Assembly: GCA_021818465.1 (NCBI GenBank)
Contig: JAKAEA010000001.1
Location: forward strand, 1-39,971
Length of the DNA: 39,971 bases
Direction of reading: 5' to 3'
Source: a bacterium
GTDB taxonomy: Bacteria > Patescibacteriota > Minisyncoccia > Phycocordibacterales > JAKAEA01
Shown here one piece after another: positions 12,085 to 18,971 of this stretch. The notes beneath the pieces were generated by a model that was given only the letters and a program-made list of their open reading frames with translations, searched no databases and was not told the DNA's origin. The stretch's first letter is position 1. Each line of letters starts with the position of its first letter. Position numbers and translations under genes: made by a program.

Positions 12085-15000
12085 TCATACCCCGTCGCGA
12101 AAATATGTCAACTTTTGGTGCGGAAGAATCTTAAATCGATTTTCAATTGTTTGTATAGTATCTTTTATTTTTTCTAGCATATCTTCGCCGAACGGGTGTC
12201 GCTCAAAAGCAGCCATGAGTTTTTTTATCGCTGCCGGATAGGTACGTGGATCAAACTCTCCAGAGGAAAATGTTGCGTCTACTACCCCATCACCATCGTA
12301 GTCAAGATTGAGCGGCGTAGTGGTGGTGCCCAAATCTACTGAAGCAATGGAACCAGGCGCAACAGGAATGTCTGCAAATTCTGTGGTGGTGCCGTTGAGC
12401 GTGATATCGAGCGTAGCCGTGCCCGCCGCCGTCGCCTGAAGCACAATCTTCCCTGCCGTGCCGGCGGGCACGGCGGCATATTGACCTTCTCCAAATGGCA
12501 CATAGTAGCTATTAGGAATTTTGCTTTCAATAGGAATGATGCTCGTATCCCGAATACTCAGATTTACACTAGAATGTGTACTCGGTCCTGTGTGTCGCCC
12601 CTGATCATCGTACACATGTAACATAACCGGCGAATGAACACTGATTTTTTCCTCACTACTGGAAGCAGCTATACTCGCCAGATACGCACGAGGAATAGTC
12701 GTGGAAACAAATGGCGGAAGTGCCGAATTACGTGACGCTGTTGTGCCAACCGTACCTTGTACAATATCTATCAGTAATTCTTCAGCTGGTAGTGTTTCCA
12801 ATATATCAGCATGTCCACGGTTCTCGGCATGCGTACTGTTGTAACGTGCCAAATCAACATAATACGTAAACGCAGTCGGGATGTACGCAGCTGCACTTGC
12901 TGTCACCACCGTATTGTCGCCAAGCTTCGTCATCTGTGGTGCCATATCCATACGTTCTGAATTTCCCAGTAACACTCCGAGAAACGATGGCTTCCGAGCG
13001 TAGTAGCGAGTGGCTGCAAGCGTACTGACGCCTACACCGGCGATTTCTATAACATTGATACCTGAAGGCGCGCGCCAGGTATCAAGCGCTGCGTGTTCAT
13101 TTGACGATGCGGTTAATAATGTTTTGTTTGCAATAGCGAGCAGCTGTTGGTGCGGAGCACTATAGGCTGCTGTACGCAAGAATCGAGACAGTGTGGGAGC
13201 ATCAGATATGGCTGCACCATACATACTATATAAATTAGAGATATCATTGAGAGAGGGATCGAGCACAACGGCTGGCATTGGTGCCGTTTTAAAATAGGCC
13301 GCAGTTGGCAAAAGTGTATAAGCAGCTGGCATATTCTCAGCAAGTTTCTGAGCAGTGCTCGCATTCAAAATAAAACCCATACCAACTTCTTGGCCATAAC
13401 CAGAAAGAAGCGCTGGAATAGCCAAGGGTGTACCATGTTGCGGCACCGCCACCAACACAACCTTGTCTAGTAGATTGCTTTTACCCTCCGCCTGCAACTC
13501 ATTCAATAAAAGCTCGGCAAGTATGCCTCCATTACTGTGCGCAACGATGGTTACTTTTTTAGTTTTTGAAGTAGCGGCCAACGCGGTTACCATAGATTGC
13601 AAACGAGATATAGCATTGGCACGTGCAGTACCCTCTTCTACAAGCTTTTTTGGATCGAGACGCCAATCATAGGGATACGCCTGCCACGATGCAATGACAC
13701 CGCCCGATACTAATGTATCGAGCACTCCAGAAAATTTTTGGTATATATCGACGTTAAATACGGGAAGTAATTCATTGGTTGTTTTGATAATGTCTTTGGT
13801 ATAGATGGGACGCGTACTAGCGCCAGAACTATCGAGTGCGAGATTAGCGAGAGGTGTCATAAATCCTGGTTCCCAAAGTTTGGTTTCTTTTGCATTCGCA
13901 CTTTTGCGCAAATGACCCAGAAGCGTGCTAGAGGTCGCGTACAACCTACTCGCCTCAATACCAGGAATAAAAAGAACACTGGAACAACAAGGTACAGGAT
14001 GCGGATCCACTTCTGCACTATCGTGAAGCCATGGAGAAAATGTAACATTATCGGATACCGCGTCTCCTGTACCCGTGGCGTTTAAGGTAGCGTGATACGG
14101 CCCATCCGCACTTCCCCACCAATTTTCTACGGCAGTAAACGGTGCAGTCGTTCGACTTAAAATACCAAACTGACCATTATGAACTATGTCACTATTTTGT
14201 ACAGAACCATTAACAGTTGACCACATTTCAATACCAGCATTGCTGTTTTTTGTTATCTGCAAAGCTTCTCCCGCAATAGTGGCACCATCATAGAGTTGTA
14301 TACCGTCGTTAGAAAAATTTTGAATGGTCGTGGTTGCTAGACGTAGGATTACTGGGCCAAAAGCTGTAATACCATTTTGTCCCCCATCAAAAACTGTGTT
14401 GGAAATTGTAGCCTGTGAATGCCCGGGAAGCGCTGTGTCCCACGCCGGATCATAGAGCTCTAACGCGGTGGCAATCGTGCCCGTAGCTTCTTCGAGTTTG
14501 GAATGAGTAAGAGAAATATTGCTGCCCGAGTACACTGCGACCGTGCCGGCAACTCCATCAGCATCAGCAAACACACACCGATCACAAGATGCTGTCGTGG
14601 AGGTATAGACAATCAATGCCGAGCCATTGTGCACTCCGCGCACTAAAAATTTTGAAGCCGAAAGTGTACTGGCGCCATACACCCGAACTGCGTCAGTACG
14701 ACTATCATCAACCGTCGTTGAAGCAATCATTGCGCTGCTGCTGGCATACACCCACAGTGCCCCCGTATACATATGCGAAAACGATACCGCGGTAAGCGTA
14801 AGCTTTCCGTGCGAAACCGAGACAGGATTATTCATAAAACTAATACTGCTACTGGCGATAGCAAGCCGTGTATTGAGATTAAAAATGCCGCCGCCGCTAT
14901 AGCGAATGACCGCTCCCGAAATAGTGGAGTACCCAGCAGTAAGAAAATTAATACCCCACCTATCAGACGCTGTCGGCAACGTAGCGCCGCCATCACCATT

Positions 15001-15333
15001 ACTATCGCCACCAACAGCATCATCAGCCAATGATGTAAAGTATACCGGCTCATTGGGGCTACCGGCGGCGTTCAATGCGCCGGCAATATTTAAGTTTGCA
15101 TCTGCAGCAAACTTAACCACGGTGCCTGGTTCAATATAGAGTGTTGCTCCTGGGTCGACGGTTACCACACCAGACACTTCATAGGTACCATCGAAGACCG
15201 ACCACACGGTGTCGGTGGCTATATCGCCACCGACACGCACCACGCCCGCTGCTTGTGCTGGTACACAATCGGTCATAAAAACGCCTCCACCTAAAAGCGC
15301 CGCCCACAAAATACCGCTGTAAAAAAATTTCAT
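12085..15333 (-). CDS. secreted fusion protein: parallel beta-helix region + LCAT/PGAP1-like alpha/beta-hydrolase (lipase/acyltransferase) + C-terminal domains
   Basis: 1082 aa with a signal peptide (MKFFYSGILWAALLGGGVFMTDCVPAQA). Residues ~30-445 are repetitive G/S/T/V-rich beta-helix-like sequence ending in NWWGSADGP. The hydrolase part has VLFIPGIEASRLY, YPYDWRLDP, the nucleophile elbow VTIVAHSNGG (Ser600 codon 13534-13536), LGDNTVV and GHADILE. A Ca-binding-like DYDGDGVVD lies at 12277-12303. Confidence 0.7.
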   Translation of the reverse strand: MKFFYSGILWAALLGGGVFMTDCVPAQAAGVVRVGGDIATDTVWSVFDGTYEVSGVVTVDPGATLYIEPGTVVKFAADANLNIAGALNAAGSPNEPVYFTSLADDAVGGDSNGDGGATLPTASDRWGINFLTAGYSTISGAVIRYSGGGIFNLNTRLAIASSSISFMNNPVSVSHGKLTLTAVSFSHMYTGALWVYASSSAMIASTTVDDSRTDAVRVYGASTLSASKFLVRGVHNGSALIVYTSTTASCDRCVFADADGVAGTVAVYSGSNISLTHSKLEEATGTIATALELYDPAWDTALPGHSQATISNTVFDGGQNGITAFGPVILRLATTTIQNFSNDGIQLYDGATIAGEALQITKNSNAGIEMWSTVNGSVQNSDIVHNGQFGILSRTTAPFTAVENWWGSADGPYHATLNATGTGDAVSDNVTFSPWLHDSAEVDPHPVPCCSSVLFIPGIEASRLYATSSTLLGHLRKSANAKETKLWEPGFMTPLANLALDSSGASTRPIYTKDIIKTTNELLPVFNVDIYQKFSGVLDTLVSGGVIASWQAYPYDWRLDPKKLVEEGTARANAISRLQSMVTALAATSKTKKVTIVAHSNGGILAELLLNELQAEGKSNLLDKVVLVAVPQHGTPLAIPALLSGYGQEVGMGFILNASTAQKLAENMPAAYTLLPTAAYFKTAPMPAVVLDPSLNDISNLYSMYGAAISDAPTLSRFLRTAAYSAPHQQLLAIANKTLLTASSNEHAALDTWRAPSGINVIEIAGVGVSTLAATRYYARKPSFLGVLLGNSERMDMAPQMTKLGDNTVVTASAAAYIPTAFTYYVDLARYNSTHAENRGHADILETLPAEELLIDIVQGTVGTTASRNSALPPFVSTTIPRAYLASIAASSSEEKISVHSPVMLHVYDDQGRHTGPSTHSSVNLSIRDTSIIPIESKIPNSYYVPFGEGQYAAVPAGTAGKIVLQATAAGTATLDITLNGTTTEFADIPVAPGSIASVDLGTTTTPLNLDYDGDGVVDATFSSGEFDPRTYPAAIKKLMAAFERHPFGEDMLEKIKDTIQTIENRFKILPHQKLTYFRDGV

Positions 15334-15424
15334 ACCACCACTCTATGCCTTCACGCTTAAAATTCTCATCACATAAAAATAAAATTTCTTTAAAATTCAC
15401 CATCACACCACAAAAAATTAACCA

Positions 15425-15457
15425 ACACAAAAGCCCGACCTTGTGGATCGGGCTTTG
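15425..15457 (-). terminator. intrinsic terminator after the 660-aa surface protein gene
   Basis: Minus-strand RNA reads AAAGCCCGA-UCCACAAGG-UCGGGCUUU followed by UGUGUUGGU. The stem is 15430-15438 paired with 15448-15456. Confidence 0.55.
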
Positions 15458-15516
15458 TGTAGTCAACCTGTTTATTTAGCCAAAGCTAGATAAACCAGGG
15501 TTCACAAGCGACTAGA

Positions 15517-17499
15517 TTATTGCGAGACACCAACGCCACCGCTCTTGAAGTTATCAAGACCCCAAGTTTGTGTGGTGCTGACAGCATTACCATTCGGGTT
15601 GTAGACCGTGGTAGAAGCCGATGTCATGTAGAACTGGTAGGTACCGCTACCACCGAGCTGAGCTGCGTTAGCAGTTGCAGCCAAGGTGACAGTGTAGGCC
15701 TGTCCTTGTGACAACGGAGCTGAGGTGCTAGACGGAGTCGGAGTGATGGACAAGATTGAAGTGCTCGCTGTCGGAATGACAGAAGCGCCAGTCAATGATG
15801 TACCGACTTTCACAATGAAGTCAGAAGCAACTGGTTGCACCATCTGACCACCCTTCGGAGTGACCGTGAAGGTCAACTGACCGTTAATGGTAGTGGTTTG
15901 ACCACTCTGGTTATTGCCACCAGAGGAAGCTGAACCAGAAACGAAGGCCAATTGCGGTGAAGCTGTGTAGAAGTACTGAGTGTTACCTATGAGGTTAGGA
16001 TTGGTGCTATAAACCTGACCAGTCGTGCTCTGATAAGTAACACTGTTCAACTCAAGCTGCACTGTCGTGTTGCCACTTGTATAGTTCGGAACAGAAACTT
16101 CAACAACATACGGCTGGGTTGTGCCCGAAGTAATCGTGCTACCCGTATCAGTTGTAAGGTTATTGAAGGTAATAGCCTGCGTACCATTCAAGCTTTGAGA
16201 AGCAACAACGGTACCATTCTGCACAAGGGAGATACTGGAAGCAGCGAGACCACTACCAGCAGCGTCGTTATGGAGAGGTGTAATGGTAATACTACTCAAT
16301 TGAGCATTAGCATTAGAGGCCTGTGCATTGAAGACGAATACTGGAATATTTTGAGCGCCAACATTCGGATCAATATAGTAGGTGCTGGAGAGTGGGTTGG
16401 AAGCATCAATACCGAAGGTAACAGTTGTATTACCCGGCTTGGTGAAGGTTTGCTGACGAGTAAAGGCAGAACCGGAAACGTTATAGTAATCAGCGATACC
16501 ACCACTCATGGTCTGAAGACCGGTTGTTCCATAACCAGTGATTGTCAACTGGTGAGCGATATCAATGCTACCGCTGGTGGTGAATTCAACAAGTAAGGTC
16601 TTTGTTTGACCGTTCGGAACGGTGAAGTTGAAACCAGACAAGCGGATGTAGTAGTCAGTTGAGCTTGCACCCTGAACGAAGCTGTTGAGGCCTACGTTGT
16701 AAGAAGCAAGAACTTGGTTGGTGCTACCATCAACAAGTTTAATGTTACTGATGAAGTTACCCGGATTTTCCTGGTAGCTTGGGCTAGCATTAACCTGATC
16801 TTGAACATCAAGGTCAAGGCGCTGGATGGTTACATCACCAATTTGAGCTTGGGCCTGGAGACCCCACACCGGAACATCAATATTCTGTTGAATATTGGTT
16901 TGGGTGGAAGGATTACCAGAGAGCGTCAAATTAAGTGTACCTTCCTGGCTTGTTGGTGTACTGGTTGTATTCGGAGTGCAGGTGAAACCAACTGGGCAGG
17001 TAGCCGGAGTGGTAGACGTGGTTGATGTGGTCGTGGTTGTGGTGCACGGAGCGCCAGTCATTGAATTAAACAAAGCGCCGGCTGGGCAACCAGGGGTTGC
17101 GGCAGCGCTGGTGCACGGAGCGCCAGTCATTGAATTAAACAAAGCGCCGGCTGGGCAACCAGGGGTTGAAGTCGTGCTTACTGAAGCCGATGAAGCAATA
17201 GCAGCGCGAGATTCAGGACCAAAGAAACCATAGGACGGAAGACCGATACTAGCTTGCCAAGCGGCAACAGCCTTCTTGGTGATAGGACCGAAGTAACCGG
17301 TCGGAGTCACTGTGAAGAAGCCTTCTTGAGCAAGGAACTGCTGGAGAGCGCTGACATCAGCACCAGTTGAACCAACAGTAAGGTTTCGTGTGAAGTTATA
17401 GGTGGAAGTCGTAGCAGCGGAAGCTGTGATAGCAGCAACGCCAACGAGCGACAAGATTGTCGCGGCACCTAAAGCTCCAACGAGAATTCGTTTAGACAT
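15517..17499 (-). CDS. secreted peptidoglycan-binding, low-complexity surface protein
   Basis: 660 aa with a signal peptide (ILSLVGVAAITASA). A PG_binding_1-like segment GSTGADVSALQQFLAQEGFF...GYFGPITKKAVAAWQASIGL is encoded at ~17215-17388. It has two copies of TPGCPAGALFNSMTGAPCT and a Thr-rich linker. About 470 aa of T/S/N/Q/G-rich beta-type sequence follow. Confidence 0.7.
   Translation of the reverse strand: MSKRILVGALGAATILSLVGVAAITASAATTSTYNFTRNLTVGSTGADVSALQQFLAQEGFFTVTPTGYFGPITKKAVAAWQASIGLPSYGFFGPESRAAIASSASVSTTSTPGCPAGALFNSMTGAPCTSAAATPGCPAGALFNSMTGAPCTTTTTTSTTSTTPATCPVGFTCTPNTTSTPTSQEGTLNLTLSGNPSTQTNIQQNIDVPVWGLQAQAQIGDVTIQRLDLDVQDQVNASPSYQENPGNFISNIKLVDGSTNQVLASYNVGLNSFVQGASSTDYYIRLSGFNFTVPNGQTKTLLVEFTTSGSIDIAHQLTITGYGTTGLQTMSGGIADYYNVSGSAFTRQQTFTKPGNTTVTFGIDASNPLSSTYYIDPNVGAQNIPVFVFNAQASNANAQLSSITITPLHNDAAGSGLAASSISLVQNGTVVASQSLNGTQAITFNNLTTDTGSTITSGTTQPYVVEVSVPNYTSGNTTVQLELNSVTYQSTTGQVYSTNPNLIGNTQYFYTASPQLAFVSGSASSGGNNQSGQTTTINGQLTFTVTPKGGQMVQPVASDFIVKVGTSLTGASVIPTASTSILSITPTPSSTSAPLSQGQAYTVTLAATANAAQLGGSGTYQFYMTSASTTVYNPNGNAVSTTQTWGLDNFKSGGVGVSQ
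17041..17168. repeat. in-frame tandem duplication, 69-nt period, 59 nt identical
   Basis: 17041-17099 is identical to 17110-17168 (GGTGCACGGAGCGCCAGTCATTGAATTAAACAAAGCGCCGGCTGGGCAACCAGGGGTTG). It encodes the two CPAGALFNSMTGAPC modules. Confidence 0.95.
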
Positions 17500-18056
17500 A
17501 GGATAAAATTTATTAATAAGATTATGTTAATAACCGCAATGTATAACTGCGACTAATAATTTCGGTTTTACTTGCATCAGAAAATATTAATCGACATTAA
17601 CATTCACTGATGTTGACCAAACATTTCTGAAAACCGAAAAAGAAATATTTGGTTTTTTCTGCACTATATTTCATCTTTTGTTTATCGACACAAGATGAAA
17701 AATAGTTAATAAGAGTGAGACTGAGTTTCGGAAAAATTTTCAGAAGGGCGCGCATGATATGCACGCACGCCAACGGAACAATTACAGATATATCAGAATA
17801 AACTTTTTAGAAGAAACGCTATGTAATTTTCAATGTACCGTCGTTCTGTGTACCTGAGACAAAAGCCGCCAGATCTTTCCGACTGTCGGCAGTATATCGC
17901 AACGGAAACCCTTTAAAAACAGCATTTATGGGGATAACTCCGTTACCGCCACATATTTCCATATTTAAACGGAAAAGTCAATCGTATCAACCATAAAAAT
18001 GCCTCTGTAATGAATACGTTTTATTATCCACGAAGTAACAATAAAACCCCACAAAA

Positions 18057-18836
18057 CTAAGCGAGTACGTAGGTACTCCAGCGACGGTCGCCAATTCTTT
18101 TCACAACTCCCTGTTCTATAAGACGATTTATTTCTCTTTGAATTGTTTTTTCACCTATATTAGGGAATAAAGCAGCTATGTCTTTTATAGTTCTTTGTTT
18201 AAAATCACGAAGAATGAATTTTATCTTATCAACCCTTTCTTGGTTATTAATTCTCAATGCTTTTTCCTTAACTTGTCCTATATTTTTGTCCTTTATGCTG
18301 TCTTTTATGTCTTTTATACTGTCCTTTATATTATTGTCCTTTATGGCATTTTTTGCTGCATCAGGTGTAGTGACGTGAGATAGTATTGGTACAGTATTTT
18401 TTTCTATTAAGGCCAAGAATGAATTTTTGGGATTACTGCGATCTCGGTATTTTTCCTCAATCTTGGAGATTATTGAAACAGTTATTTGAATTTCTTTTTG
18501 AATAACGGATGAGTTCATTTGAGATAGATATCCTGACCAAAAAGCATTATCGAGGTGAGCGTAGAGGACAGATAAATTGATAGAAATTTCTTTAAGTTTT
18601 TGATGGTTAACATTAGTACCCATAACAAAATCTGCGCACATTTTAAAGGACACGAGTGCTGAATTTTGCAATGTATTTTTTATGAGAGAATCATCAATGA
18701 AACGGGTTACTAAAAAAACTGCCCCGCAAATTCTTTCTGTTTTTTGGTAAATAGAGATAATATCCTGGTCATTGTGGAAAAATAATGGGTTATAAAAGAC
18801 ATTGTCCTTTATATTCTGATTTTTTTCTTCAGTCAT
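18057..18836 (-). CDS. hypothetical protein with internal IKD repeats and C-terminal winged-helix DNA-binding domain
   Basis: 259-aa AT-rich ORF. The repeat tract is AIKDNNIKDSIKDIKDSIKDKNIG. The C-terminus DIAALFPNIGEKTIQREINRLIEQGVVKRIGDRRWSTYVLA is wHTH-like. Confidence 0.55.
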   Translation of the reverse strand: MTEEKNQNIKDNVFYNPLFFHNDQDIISIYQKTERICGAVFLVTRFIDDSLIKNTLQNSALVSFKMCADFVMGTNVNHQKLKEISINLSVLYAHLDNAFWSGYLSQMNSSVIQKEIQITVSIISKIEEKYRDRSNPKNSFLALIEKNTVPILSHVTTPDAAKNAIKDNNIKDSIKDIKDSIKDKNIGQVKEKALRINNQERVDKIKFILRDFKQRTIKDIAALFPNIGEKTIQREINRLIEQGVVKRIGDRRWSTYVLA

Positions 18837-18935
18837 AATTTTATGTCTTTTACATTATTTTTAAATATGTCCTTTATGACTTTTATATAGTATACCTGAC
18901 ATTTTCTTTGTCAAAAAATTTCTTTGATTTTAGTG

Positions 18936-18944
18936 TGGTATAAT
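18936..18944 (+). promoter_or_regulatory. candidate extended -10 promoter element for ftsK
   Basis: TGGTATAAT (TGnTATAAT pattern) ends 27 nt upstream of the ftsK ATG, in a divergent intergenic region. No good -35 element was seen. Confidence 0.3.
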
Positions 18945-18971
18945 CTAATAAACGTTATTTAAAGCAACAGA

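Noticed and set aside
17041-17168. Direct repeat as a possible CRISPR or other array.
   Set aside because: There are only two copies. They are immediately tandem with a 69-nt (23-codon) period, sit inside a long ORF and preserve the frame. This is a coding-sequence duplication.
18837-18971. Divergent ftsK/wHTH intergenic region, or the strand switch at 18836-18972, as a replication origin.
   Set aside because: There is no dnaA or dnaN nearby and I saw no cluster of TTATCCACA-like DnaA boxes. The AT-richness is explained by two divergent promoters.
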